Assembly: GCA_054661495.1 (NCBI GenBank)
Contig: BAAFSQ010000097.1
Location: forward strand, 1-32,000
Reading direction: 5' to 3'
From: Zygophlyctis sp. KS116
Lineage: Eukaryota; Fungi; Chytridiomycota
DNA: 32,000 nt
Shown here: positions 12,896 through 25,292 of the stretch, piece by piece
Numbering within the stretch: position 1 is the stretch's first letter
Layout: every line of letters begins with the position of its first letter
The notes under the pieces: generated by a model
Told to the model about the DNA's origin: nothing
The model's input: the letters and a program-made list of their open reading frames with translations, nothing else
Database searches by the model: none
Program-made: the position numbers and the translations under genes

Positions 12896-14736
12896 TTATT
12901 CCATAAACTTAAACTCTGCAAACAAGAGTTTTTTGTTTTCTACTCTCTTTTCAAATGCTATCCATTCATCTCTACGCTTTTTATAGAGATCCCAATGTGA
13001 TTTAGATAAAATAAATTTCCCATAAAAATCATTAAGTAATTCTACTTCACATTCTAATAATTCCTTTAAGAATATTTCTTTAGTGGAAATATCACTAACA
13101 AGCCAAAGCTGATCCAAGACGCGTGATCCAATTTTATCTTTTGCTAAAGAAACTAGAGATCCACGAAAAGATAATAAAAGTTTCTTTTTTGATTTGAATT
13201 CAAATTTACTTTCTAGAAAACTTGATAAAATTCTTGATAAAATAGGATCCATTGACCATTTTTTTAATGAATTAGAGTCAAGTGAATAGATTCCATTCAA
13301 TATTGTTGTTAATAGACTAGGCTTGAATTTCATCAAATGTTGAATTAATAATGATCCTTGTAAATTTGGTTTTCTATACTCTAGAAAAGTATTTGAATTA
13401 AATAATACTAGAAATATTAATGACTGTTTAGGTGCATCAGGACTTAAACATGTTAAAAGTTGATTGATAAAGTATTCTTGAAGGTTTTCAAAAGGAATAC
13501 ATGCTTTTGCAATCATTGATAATAGTCCAATTCTGTTTTGATGTATAAATGATTGAAAACAAGGTGACAATTCTTTAATAATTTTTAAAAGAGTTTTTTC
13601 TCTAGGGACATTTTCAATCAGTCTTTGAACAACAAAGTTTGCAACGGCATGTTCAGAGAGTTCAATCAAATGGTTCTTGAATAATAGTCTGTATAAGCCC
13701 TTCCACAAATCTTTGGAAATTACAGCAAACACTTTTTCCATTAAATGCGATCCTACAGAATCATGAATTAATTGATTCAAGAATCCAAAATCTTCATCTT
13801 TGAAATTAAAACTTCAATTTTACCTTTTAAAAGTAATTTAACCAAAGACTGACTGAATTTTTCATTCAAAATTAAAATCTGAAGAACTGGATTTGCATTT
13901 TGATTAAACGCCAATTGTTTAATGCAATCATTATTTGATTTTAAAGTTTTCATGATTGATTTAGTGATTTGATTCAAAATTTCAAGAAATTTATCAGATA
14001 CTTTACGCGATCCAACAGAAATCCTACTAATCTTGTGATTAGAATTGTATTTTTTAGATTTTTTAGACTTGTTATCACTTAAATCAGATCCTGATAGTAA
14101 ACAAAGAAATGTTCTCAACACATGTGATGCATAAGTATCCGTCATGAATTCCACCCAGTCTCCATTCAAAGCCTTATAAAACCCTAAAATAAAATCATTC
14201 ATTGACTCCAACTCTTCTTCACCTTGTAATTCAACATGAGAGTCCCCTTTATCTTCCCTAGCAACTACATCAGCAGCAATGACCAATAGAGTCTGAAGAA
14301 CATGACTTCCATAAGCATCTCTAATTAGCTCCTTACACCTACACCTAATCTTGCTGGCAAAAGCTCTGAGTTGAAAATCATTTGAAACCATCAGTAATTT
14401 TTCTAGAATTCGACAAGCTTCGAAATCGCATGCAACTTCAAATTCACAGCCGTCAATTTCCCTATAAATATTTTGAATGATCATTTCCATCTCTTCCGCC
14501 TCCTTTTCGTCTGCAGAGTCTAGCAATTCTTCCATTGAGAGTAAATAAGCTTTTGTGTCCGATTCTAATTGTACTTGGGGCGAAGGGAATGCAACCTCAT
14601 TGATCTCATCCATCTCATCAAAACCAACATTTTTTCTTCCTCTTGCTCCTCTTCTTGTCTTTTTGATGATTGGCTCTACAGATTCCTTTTGGGCTGATCC
14701 GCCTCTTGATCCTCTCTTCCGCTTAACTTCCGACAT
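12896..14736 (-). CDS. NOP9: Nucleolar protein 9 (Pumilio-like repeat, 18S rRNA maturation)
   Basis: Repeats YGSHVLQTLL, YASHVLRTFL, VGSHLMEK, ANFVVQRL, GSRVLD. A 26-nt intron at 13798-13823 joins the two ORFs (K-DEDFGFLNQLIHD). Confidence 0.88.
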
Positions 14737-14769
14737 TCCAAAAAAATAAAAATTTTAGTCAAGAAAATT

Positions 14770-16440
14770 TTATGGTTCATCTGCTCTCAATCCACTCTCT
14801 GCTCTGCCTATTAAATAGTATCCAAGTGTTAATTTAAGTATTGTAACCCAGACAAATGCACCCAGAATTCTTAATAAGAACCATAGACTCTGATACGTAA
14901 CATCCATCATACCCAAGGTTTGAACGATGATTCGCGTACAGAGACATGCAAGAGGAATAGCAACGAATCCTATTCTTCTCGCTACATGAGGAGATCTGTC
15001 TATGACAACCTAAACAATATTAAAAAAAACAAAATACCAAATCACTGAGTGGATCAGAGATTGCTTCTGACCCAGCGTGTAATAGCCATTTTAACTCCCA
15101 TTTTGGTCTTTTACTATCTTGAATGATTGGTTTCCCAACTATATCTCTAAAAATAGTTTGTGTAAATTGATAGTAAATTGAAGCTGGTATATCATTAAAC
15201 TAATCTTTAGTCCAACGATCTTACTTTTGTGATGAATGCATGTTTTAAATTATCGACTAAAATTTCAACTCCAAAAACATATAAAGCCGGAAATAGAAGA
15301 GTAATAAAAAGTTTATAAGTAGACGAGCCTTGAATATTTTGAATAACTTGAACTATATCAGAAAGCATTTCACCAAAATAAGAACTTATAAATGACAAAC
15401 TCTGAAAATTAAGTGGTTTAGATGATGTGAATATTGTGATTGAAATGTCATGAAAATAAGACAAAACTTCATCCACTCCAGCGCCACCAGTCATTTCCAA
15501 AAAGTTTCTAATAATGATTAGAAATAAGTAAGCAAATAATTGAAATCTTTCCAGTGCATCTAAGCGTTAATGAAATAATGTACCAGCGCAAACAATGCTG
15601 AACAAATTCCTTTCTTCACATTTCTTAAACACCGAAGACTTTATTTCTATGAAATTGCTTGACAGCATAACTGGCAAAAGTGCAGAAGAGTAAGAATTAA
15701 TAGCAACATTTAAAGCAACCATTTGGTAAAATATTACCATTGTATGAGCAATTATAGTTACAAGTGCAGTAATAAAATATGTTTTTGTACTCGAGTATTG
15801 ATTTGACTGGCAAGAAACACTAGAATACAATGAGTCTAAAATATCATGTCCGAAAGCAGATCCCTTTAGATTATTATCTAATACTACTTACAAGTCTATT
15901 CAAGACATCTAGGACATTAAATATTACGTACAATTTGATGACTGCCTGTCCTCTTATAGAATGATATAACATTGAAGGATCCACGTATGAAATTATAATA
16001 CAAGTAATTAAAAATAATACCATTTTTATCAAATCACATTTTTGAGCTGGTTTAAGATCATTTTTCTTAAGAAAAGCAATTATCGCAATTAAAGATCTTA
16101 GAAATAATTTTAAAAAAGATCAATACCTTATGGGGAGAATAGAAAACACGTACAAAAATGAGTCTAAACAGACCAGAAAACCATACCATAAAAACCGTTC
16201 GCATTCTTTGGGAACTTTGAGAAAGTTTTGAATTCGTTTGTTGAGTTGTGGATTTACCATTGAGAGAAGATCATTGCTGCTGAATTCTGAGAATACATAA
16301 GACATAAACTTGCCCAGACCGCTTATTGTCTTTGGCTGCGCAAGAAATGATTTTGAGTCTGGAACAACTGCATCATCATCGTCACTGGAATTATCAAATG
16401 AACTTCTTGGCCGTTTTGGAGCTGGAAGAGGAGAATCCAT
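14770..16440 (-). CDS. TAPT1: TAPT1/Emp65 (DUF747) membrane protein (6 exons)
   Basis: GFLVCLDSFLYVFSILPIR, YHSIRGQAVIKLYVIFNVL, LNVAINS, SNFIEIKSSVFKK, EILVDNLKHAFITKFN, ARRIGF motifs. Introns 16097-16126, 15864-15891, 15560-15583, 15200-15224, 15010-15037. Confidence 0.9.
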
Positions 16441-16568
16441 AAAGATCCTAACCGTTAAACTCAGACTTTTAAATCTGCCATCTAGACATGCAGATAAACC
16501 GAAATCTAGATTAAAATTGAATTAATTCATATTGTTTTAATAGAAACTGTGAGTTAAAATTGCAGCGG

Positions 16569-18971
16569 TTATTGATCCATGGCTGAAAGCGTATAATCAA
16601 GTAAATATGACTGCTTGATAAGTTCCTTTGAATGATCAAAATGTCTTTCAGTATAAATTAGCAAAGCATCAAAGACTGATTTGGAATTGGGTACTTTCAT
16701 AAGTCTTGATGGTTCAAAAGATTTTAAAATTAGATTCAAAACAGATTGAGCAATAGGTGCAAATGTGGCCTTTGTGTTCCAATCCCGGACAAAAAGTAAT
16801 AATCTTTCCAGCTATTATTAAAATTTAAAATTAATCTTACTTGTTCATCATTTAAATTTCGAATAATATTATCCACACTATGCAAACCTAAAATACTATC
16901 TTCATCTTGTCTTTTCTGTCCCAATGAGGATAAGATTTTTAAAAGTCTAACAGGGTGTTTTAAATTTAAAGCAAGATGAATAGCATTTGAATAATCCTTT
17001 TTTGAAAGATAAAATTCAAGGTCTTGTTCTCTAGTTATAAGAATGTAATATATAATACTTTATCAACTTATTTTGTAACTCTCTCATTTCTTCTTCCTTT
17101 TCTTCAGTTGTAGTATCTCTCCAAATAGTTATTTTAGAATCTGCAGATCCAGATACAAGAAGAGATTCATCATTGTTTGTGCAAAGCCCCCAAATCTTAT
17201 ATTAAAATCATCATATAATTACCTTGTCTTCATGGTTATCAAGAGTTGTGACACATTCATTTTCTTTGATAGTCCATAACTTAACAAGTCCATCTGATCC
17301 ACTCGAAACCAGCTGTAGTCCATTAGTTAGGAATTCTACATGCAAAACAGAATTCAAATGGCCTTCAAAAGTTCTGATGCAGGAATAGTCTTTAAGACTC
17401 CACAGTTTAATTGTTTTATCAGTAGAAGATGTTGCGACGATTTGATCCGATGGAGAAAATCTAACACACCAAATTCCTCTTTTATGCCCCGTAAGAGTTC
17501 CAAGAAGAGTCCCGTCAGCTGCAGACCAGATCTTTGCTGTCTTATCAAGGGCTGCAGATGCATATATTCTGTCATTAGGAGCTACATCAACAGACTGAAT
17601 ATCCTTTGAGTGTGCTTTTATGGTGTAACGGGCCTTTACAGAGAAATTTTCATCCTCCATCAATTCCAAGTCCCACAGTTTCAAAGTACTATCATGCGAA
17701 GCTGTAATAACAAATGCAGTACTTTTGCGAGAAAATGCAGCAGCGCTAACAGTCTCTGTATGACCAATACACTTTCCAGCATTTTTGAATCTTGAAGTTT
17801 TTGAATCTAGCTTCCATATAATCGCAGAATTGTCTTTTGATCCCGATACAATCAATTTACCATCTACTGATTTATTCATTGACATAATCATATCAGAATG
17901 TCCACATAATATTTCACAAAATGCTGATCCTAATTCATAAATCCGAATATGTTCCGTATTAGTGGCAACAGCCAATTTTGAATTATCCTCTCCAACAAAA
18001 AAAGTTTCAGTAATTTCTTCGTTGAACCCAGCGATTTGCCTTGTAGGCTCAAAGTTATTTTCCAAGCTATAAAATAACAAATTCTGATCACTTGTGATCG
18101 CAACAATTTCCATGGTAGATGGACAGTATAAAAGACTTGCTATTGAATAATTAATTTGATAATTCTCATTTGTCTGAGAAATACAAGTCCCAGAGTCCAT
18201 ATCCCAGAGCTTAACCAACCCTGATTCACCACCGGCACAAACTGCAAAATCCACAGAATTTGATTCAACAACCTTGACATCTTCTATAGACTCAAAAACA
18301 GGAATTGTATTGATAAGTTCCCCATTAGATAAGTTCCATGAAATTAAAACCTTGTCTCTCCCACCAGAAACTAAAACTTGTCCATCTCTAGAAAAACCTA
18401 GACCTCGAACAGCACTGACATGTCCGTCCAAAGAAAACAATTCACTTTTTGAATGCAAATCCCAAACTTTTATTCTAGAATCCAGTGATCCTGAGCAAAG
18501 ATGCAAAAGATCCGGATCGGGATGAAATGCAAGAGCAGTAATGATTCCAGCATGACCTTTAAAATTATGAGTGCAATATCCTTTCCTAATATCCCATACT
18601 TTTACTGTGGAATCAGCAGATCCAGTTGCTACAAAAGTTTGAGTCGGATCAGTATCCATCACTAAAACTGGTGCTTCATGAGCTTTCCAAGAGGAAATAG
18701 TTGAATCAGTTAGTGAATAGACCCTCAAGAGAAGACTTGAGCTAGCGGTGATCAGAAAATCATCAGTTGATGCAAAGCAAGAGACTGCATCATCATCCGA
18801 TCCAAAAGTTCTTTTTTCTCCTGAACTTGTATGAATCAAATGCACCTTGTCCCCATCAGTACATAGTAATCTCTCTCCATCAGGTAAAAGCTGAATCTTT
18901 CCTCCTGTATAGACTGATTCTATAGTCTTTTGAATTCCAAAACTCTTTTTTAGATTGCTGACTGAAGGCAT
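16569..18971 (-). CDS. UTP13: U3 snoRNA-associated WD40 protein Utp13/TBL3 (4 exons)
   Basis: YTGG start motif, many WD40 repeats (GHKRGIWCVRFS, FEGHLNSVL), C-terminal YTERHF..L..SYLLDYTL. Introns 17196-17222, 17031-17058, 16812-16840. Confidence 0.92.
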
Positions 18972-19194
18972 AAATTTGAAGGTGAAATTTTAACGCTCAA
19001 GATCTTTTCGGATATTGTTTCAAATCATTCTAAAGCTAATGCAACTGAATGCATTGGATTTTAGGAATGGAATATTAATGTCATGAGAAATAGTAAAATG
19101 TGCAATCGCATATCCCATTCGATAGATTTATTTAATAAACTAAAGGATCAGTTGATTTTGGTTTTTGAGCTTTTCGGTAGAATCTTGGAAATGT

Positions 19195-20418
19195 TTAGTA
19201 GCATGAACATTGAGCACAGCAAATATAATCAAGCATATCAGTTAGTTTCTTGTATTGTTGTGCGATATATTCATATCCACTGACATAATTTTCGATATTC
19301 TCCTTATTTTCCTTTAGTTTTTTAAGCTTTTTGGCAGCCTTAATACGAGTTTTCTTGGAGAATCCGAATGTTTTTTTAGTCTTGAGATACCCAGAGTACG
19401 CTTTTAAACCATATTTCGCAGCTGCGACCGGACCGACTAGTTTTACCACAGGATGGTTTCTGTATTTCATGTGAATATCCACGGCTTTGATAACTTGTTT
19501 GTAAGGTTTTGTTATTTTCTTGCGGACAAATTCCTCCAGGGTATATTCCTTGTCTTGAGTAGGTTTTTTTGGGGTTTCCGAGGATGTATCAGACGCCTTT
19601 CGCAAATCTTCATTGTATTGAGATGGAGTTTTTCTAGTTCCTGGAATAGATGGTTCAGGGAATGTTGGTATTGATGGAATGTTTGGTCTTTGAGGAATCT
19701 GTATTGGCGGATGTTCAGCGTTTGCAATGTTTGGTAGGTCCACCGGATTTGAAGGAGGCGGAACCCCAGGAGAGACTGCATCATCAACTGATGTGATCGA
19801 ATTTTTTGATGGTTTTAGTAGGAAAGAAAATGAATATCGTCTCTTAGTAATAGTTTGGTCTGGGTTCAGAGTTTGGACAAGCTTGAAAAATGTGTTATCC
19901 AAGGTGTTCAATAGAAGATCTACATTTGAAATATCTGCCTCTGTATCATTGGTAATTGTGAGTCCTGAAGATTCATTCAGCCAAATGTGGTTGTTGGTTT
20001 CATTCAACATGAAAAAGTTTTGATTTGTATTTACAGCTGCATCTACTATATCATGATATGCCAGGAAATGCATGCACTCTTTGTAGTAGTTTTTGTAAAT
20101 ATCGGTAATTAGAAATGTTTCTTCCAAAGATACTGTTTCATTTGCTAAAGGTTGAGGAGATAGTGAAAACTGCGATTGGTAAGCTTTATGAGCAGAATCA
20201 TTGGCCATATTCTCGATCACTTCATCAAATGTCTTAATATATACATCATAAGTAGCATTTATGGCATGCTCCATTGCAGAAATATTTAAAGCATCCTCCA
20301 CCAAAGAATAATCAGGGTCTTCATTTATCACAGAAGTAGTCATTGGTAAAATAGCTTGTGAGATGGATGCATTGCCTGCTTGAACAAGTAAGATTATAGT
20401 TAGCAGTATAGATAACAT
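19195..20418 (-). CDS. Secreted hypothetical protein, 407 aa
   Basis: Signal peptide-like MLSILLTIILLVQAGNA, acidic N-half, KRR site, Pro-rich then Lys-rich C-half, ends CCAQCSCY; intronless. Confidence 0.75.
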   Translation of the reverse strand: MLSILLTIILLVQAGNASISQAILPMTTSVINEDPDYSLVEDALNISAMEHAINATYDVYIKTFDEVIENMANDSAHKAYQSQFSLSPQPLANETVSLEETFLITDIYKNYYKECMHFLAYHDIVDAAVNTNQNFFMLNETNNHIWLNESSGLTITNDTEADISNVDLLLNTLDNTFFKLVQTLNPDQTITKRRYSFSFLLKPSKNSITSVDDAVSPGVPPPSNPVDLPNIANAEHPPIQIPQRPNIPSIPTFPEPSIPGTRKTPSQYNEDLRKASDTSSETPKKPTQDKEYTLEEFVRKKITKPYKQVIKAVDIHMKYRNHPVVKLVGPVAAAKYGLKAYSGYLKTKKTFGFSKKTRIKAAKKLKKLKENKENIENYVSGYEYIAQQYKKLTDMLDYICCAQCSCY

Positions 20419-20774
20419 AGCACAACAGTTTTAAATATTAAGTTGGGCCGCACCGCAAGCCATGCAATAAATTAGTGGCGTTCAATTTGCGGCATATGAA
20501 CTTTTGTTCTCGTATTACTATTGATAATTGCTATATAATATTCTATGTACATAGATTAAAACCATTTAATGTCTTAAGAGAACATATATTTATAAATTAT
20601 AATTATTCCTCTTTTGCTAATGATTTCGGACATGCATTTGTACCATAACATCTATACATAAAAATATTTTTGGCACTACAAATACACAACTTTTTAACAT
20701 TCCTAATACTTAAATTTTCAAAAGTCCAAAATCGATTAAACATTCTAAAAATGATGATTTTATTACAACATCAG

Positions 20775-21538
20775 CTAAGCGAACTCGCTTATATTCCATT
20801 TAGGATATACAACCTTGGTTCAGTTCTAAAAGTTTTTACCTTTTTATCTTTTTCAGAATGTAAAACATCACGAACACAAACTAATTGTCTAGTAAGATTC
20901 TCTAATGGAGATAAATTAGACCATCCATCAAAAGTCAAAATGAGTCTATTTAGTTTCTCGGCGACTATTTCCCTTCTTCCAATAGTTAAATAATAAGCAA
21001 CTGGAGAATTATGTGGATTCATATACGCCAAAAGTGATACTAATTCTTCCAATTCAGCTTTATATTCCAGATTAGAGAATTTCCCTAATTCGACTGTTGC
21101 AAATTCCAATGCCTGATCTGAATTCTTGGAAACTAACTCTATAAATTCTTGACATGATAACAGAAATATAACGTCCTGAACTTGTTGTGAAGAGGTCTTT
21201 ACTATTTGAGGGAATTCTGAAAGAAATTTCTGTTTTGCTTTTGTAACGGAACCAGCCATTATTAAAGAAACTAGATTTTGTCTCTTGAGTAAGGACTCTA
21301 AAGGTTTACGAAGACTTTCAAAGTATAAATGTTCTGGAGTTGAACCAACCAGTCCCCCAGCTCCTCTGTCATCAGTCATTTGGACGTCTGGAATCGGTTC
21401 TATCCGCAGAGCAGAGCCTAAAGACTCGGCAGTTGAAGAATAGCAATTGTGAATCAGATAAGAGTACACTAATTTTGCTGTCGTGTCATGAGGAAGATTA
21501 GATGAACTGTAAAGCTCTTTTATTTGAGACTCGTCCAT
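20775..21538 (-). CDS. LisH-CTLH-CRA protein (GID/CTLH complex subunit, GID8/RanBPM-like)
   Basis: LisH (LVYSYLIHNCYSSTA), CTLH (LSCQEFIELV), CRA (SLLAY..P.NSP..YL...RRE.VA..LN). A probable 26-nt intron at 20814-20839 gives C-terminus VVYPKWNISEFA; without it the stop is at 20789. Confidence 0.8.
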
Positions 21539-21728
21539 GTGCGAATTAAAAAAATTGACACGAAACGAGAATTAGGGAATTATCAACAGTGATTCATTCA
21601 TTTAGATTTACTATATAATTATCCGCTGAATTTTTTACAATACAATATACAGGGGTTCCTAAAATATGATGGACAATATATGGCCACAAATTTATTTAAA
21701 AGGCAACTACGCTATCAAAAATTCACAT

Positions 21729-22409
21729 TTAAATCCATTGTCCAGTGTTCTTTTTGTGAATACTTATGATCCATAGAGAAAGTCCTTGACTCCAATTGAT
21801 TGCCTTTTTACGAATTCTAATCTTTGAAGGTACATTTTCAGTTTGAGGGTATTGTGAAACTCCAGTAGAATAATTATTAAGAGCTATATTCTGAGGTTTT
21901 CCTGAGTATTTTGTACAAATCGATATCTTTGCTATACTCATCAATTTTATTCGCTTTATGATTCGATAAGATGTAGTGTTTTATCTCTTTTTAATTTTAG
22001 CTGGTTTCGGATGTTTCCTTATAGCCGCATTACATCTCAGTTTCCATATATGTTCATAGATTATGGATAACAAACACTCCATTGTGAATTGAATCCATAA
22101 AATGGTATTCGTTGATGTTTTTCGTGCTGACTTTAAGCGTTGAATAATATTGTCGGTTATAATGCCTTGTGCTGTTGCTGTATGCATAAAATTCAACATG
22201 TTCCATTTTATACCTAAAAGATACTTCAAGGGATTGAAAGTTGGTCGATATTCTTGGCCTTTTAATTTTTCATATATTTTCTGATTGTTTAACCTTGTTG
22301 ACATGTGGATTGTTAGTTGATGGTAAATGGTTTTCACCTTCTGTTTTTTAGACGAACATATGAGTGGGCACTTTTTCGTAAATAATTGTAATCTAAAACT
22401 TTGTCGCAT
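21729..22409 (-). mobile_element. Degenerate non-LTR retrotransposon-like 3' fragment
   Basis: Broken ORFs containing YEHIWKLRCN, resembling the IWKxRC/N motif at the C-terminus of LINE-type ORF2 proteins; lies at the edge of the TE cluster. Confidence 0.4.
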
Positions 22410-22440
22410 CTAATGTATTTTCTTTGATTACACTAAGGGG

Positions 22441-23562
22441 ACTCATACAAAAAAATGAGTAGGTCGGACATTGTCCCACATAACCAGTTGCCAATAGGAG
22501 ATAATTTGTAGGCGTTGATCAGCGTGTTAGCATCTTGCTCTTATGATGATTCTCAGATTGCAGTTCATTTGCGGTTTCAGCTTGGACCATTGCGTCGCAG
22601 GCCACATTTATATCCCAAATTTGCCCTGCCTCTCACAGCGAGGAGCGCGCAGCGCTGCTCAAACTTTTCCGTGATTTGCAGATGAAACGTTTCCATACAG
22701 TATCTGATGAGGGTCTACAGCAAGCTATTGTCCAAAATGAAAATACTAAAAAGTCTCATAGATTGTGGGGAAACATGTTTTTACAGTATTTGAATGAGGT
22801 GGAGGAAAAAAAGTCTTTGAGTATTGTTTTTTAAATTGAGTATTAGATTTATTAGATGAAAGAGAAATTTCTAAACATCTTCAACAGTTTTTTCATCCAT
22901 TAAAACTAAAGAATGTAAAGCAGGAAGCGATTTTGATAAAAGATAAGGAGGAGTTTTCCTTCTGGCCTTAGTCTTAGAGCTAGCATATAGTAGGGCCAAG
23001 TTTTTCCGTTTCTTTACACATTTAGAACTTTCAACTCTCATTATAAAATAATGAAATTATACATAAACCTTCTCATACATTCAAGAGTCGTAAGCGGAGT
23101 CGGTCAATTAGTTAATTTCATAAACCTATAAGATACTATTTAATGATATAACAAATTATTTAATGAAATACATTTAAATACTTGCTATATTTATCACCTT
23201 GGTGAACTCCACAAAATATATATTTAATACTAACATATAAAATATATTTTAAATAGGTGGCTTAGCATTCCAAACATTTGAAAAACATTAAACAAACTTC
23301 ATTTTTCATTATACGCTTTCATTTATAAACATAATTCATAACATTTCTTCACATTTCAGTTGCATTATAATTATTCAATACTTATTTGTTTTTTTTCAAT
23401 GAATATATACAGCTATTCTCATAGAATCATAGCAATGTAACTATTTCAAATGATCAGTTCTCCAGTCATCGGCACTCTGTAAAGAGAGGTGATCTGTAAA
23501 TATGGGTGATACTCATACAAAGAATTGAGTAGGTCCACATAACCAGTTGCCAATAGGAGATA
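22441..23562. repeat. Dispersed 50-60-bp direct repeat (22441-22503 and 23511-23562)
   Basis: actcatacaaa..aatgagtaggtc..ccacataaccagttgccaataggagata is present in both; the first copy has a short insertion. Confidence 0.85.
22682..22920 (+). pseudogene. N-terminal fragment of Crypton/DUF3504-like tyrosine recombinase
   Basis: MKRFHTVSDEGL..NENTKKSHRLW...F..Y, intron 22821-22846, then LLDEREISKHLQQF, a 1-nt frameshift, then SSIKTKE. Pattern recalled from Crypton/KCTD1-ZMYM-type N-termini. Confidence 0.45.
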
Positions 23563-24160
23563 TTCTGTCCCTGCCAGTCCACTTTTGCCGATTGTTAAGC
23601 TGTATACGCGACTGCCTAAACCTTAATACATTATTAACTAATCCTCCAGTTATGTGTTCATGCTGTACAAGATCATCTAAATACTCAGCAAGTAACACTT
23701 CCTATATTACACACTAAATTAACGTTTCCTAATTTACAACTACTAGTTTGGACTGAACCCACTATCGTATTAGATCCGTCAGTTTCAAATAATTTTCAAC
23801 AAATAGATCATCCAGTTCAATTCATTTGCTTTTGCTATAATGGCGCGTTCTCAAATCACAAGAAAATTACGTCTTTATGAAGTGGGTGTTGATGTAGTTT
23901 CAACAATTTATGAAGCAACGGTTAGAGCGGTTAGATTCACACTGAATAATTGCAAAACTAATCAGTTTGAACTTGTGCTATCTGTTGGAGTAATGAGGTA
24001 AGGTCTTTCTTTTCTTATAATTAGACATAAAAATGTAGAGTTTTGCAGTATTAGTGCGTTAGCTATCCATTCTAACCCTAATATGGAGTGAGGGTGTTCT
24101 ATAATGTTTGGGTTAGGCCAGCCAGCAGCCACTGATCATTTGAAATAGTTACATTGCTAT
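23429..24160. mobile_element. 732-bp non-autonomous element bounded by perfect 30-bp inverted repeats, carrying a Crypton fragment
   Basis: atagcaatgtaactatttcaaatgatcagt (23429-23458) is the exact reverse complement of 24131-24160. Confidence 0.8.
23807..24075 (+). pseudogene. Fragment of CryptonF / Ndc10 domain II-like tyrosine recombinase
   Basis: FAIMARSQITRKLRL...KTNQF......MRHKNVEFCSISALAIH after removing 27-nt intron 23998-24024; matches the KTNQ..RH...C..ALA pattern. Confidence 0.65.
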
Positions 24161-24329
24161 TAATTGGCAGTCTTCTATACATGGCGAGACAAACAAGGCC
24201 AGACATAATATAATCTGTGAATTTACTAAGCAAATACGTAAATAATACTACTCCCAAATGTTGGAGAGCTGCAACGAGAATTCTGATCTACTATACTACT
24301 AAAGACTACTCACTAAGAATATGAAACCA

Positions 24330-25285
24330 CAAGTGATGAAGGACTAAAGACTTACTCTGATTCTACGTGGGAAGATGATAAAATGAATAGATTGTCAAGA
24401 AGTGGGGGTGTTATACTATATAATGGCTCATTTCTATCAGCTTATTCTCATCAGCAACGATCAGTCGCTCTATCTTCTTGTCAAGCAGAGTATCAAGCAC
24501 TTGCTAGTGCTGTACAAGAACTACTATACTTTAGGCAATTATTAGGGGAGATAGGATATGGTGAGAATATACCAACACAGTTACTCTGTGACAATCAAGG
24601 TGCCATGTGTTTAGCGATTACTACTAAGAATCACCCAAATGTGAAACACATCGCTATCAAATATCATTTTGTAAGAGAATTGGTGAAGGACAAAATAGTG
24701 AATTTACTCTACGTCAACACAAGAGAACAAGTTGCAGATATAATGACTAAACCGCTTGGCCGCACTCAATTTGAAAAATTTAGGACGATGATGGGTGTGA
24801 ACAACTATAATTTACAATAATCATTAAAATTCCTACACAATGCCATAGTAGAAGTACTATTGCAAATATACAGTAATGGGGGTTTGACAAATTACTGTGA
24901 TGTGGCGTATGGGGTGAAGAAAAATTAGGAATCCCTTGGTGATTACGAAGGTGCACTTTAAATAAGAAATAAATGATTCTAAAATCCTGTCATATTACTG
25001 AAATATAAAATCCTGTTAGATTAAGAGTCTCAAAGAAAGAAAGGAAAATTTATTTTATGGAAATAAAGATTACTGAATTAAGTTGATCAAATGCTCATCT
25101 ATGGACACAAAAAATTACTTCTGTTTTTCATAGAAGCAATACTAATGAAAGAAAGCGACTCCTACTTTGACTCCAGCAGCTGACGGAGAACAAATATCTG
25201 AAAAAGAACAAATTCAACTAGAAAAGTGGATAAGTGCAGATAATATAGCAAACTCTATCATACACGTCTCATTGACTCCATCAGA
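24330..25285 (+). mobile_element. Ty1/Copia remnant: RNase H, PPT, short LTR (about 24885-25018), then gag fragment
   Basis: YSDSTW, SVALSSCQAEY, CDNQGA, KHIAIKYHFVRE, QVADIMTKPL; ggggg before TGACA at 24885; downstream W...D.IANSII.SL gag-like frame. Confidence 0.8.
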
Positions 25286-25292
25286 AACAAAG

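Noticed and set aside
13777-13780. Apparent second stop/start overlap between ORFs 13777-14736 and 12896-13780
   Set aside because: Both are exons of NOP9 joined by intron 13798-13823, and the second ORF starts at a non-ATG codon.
17340-20993. Short ORFs overlapping UTP13, the secreted gene and the CTLH gene (also 10322-10782, 14555-14749, 16310-16525)
   Set aside because: Antisense or alternative-frame shadows with no motifs, lying over well-supported genes.
23513-23698. 61-aa minus-strand ORF inside the IR element
   Set aside because: Non-ATG start and no recognisable motif; the coding signal is on the + strand.
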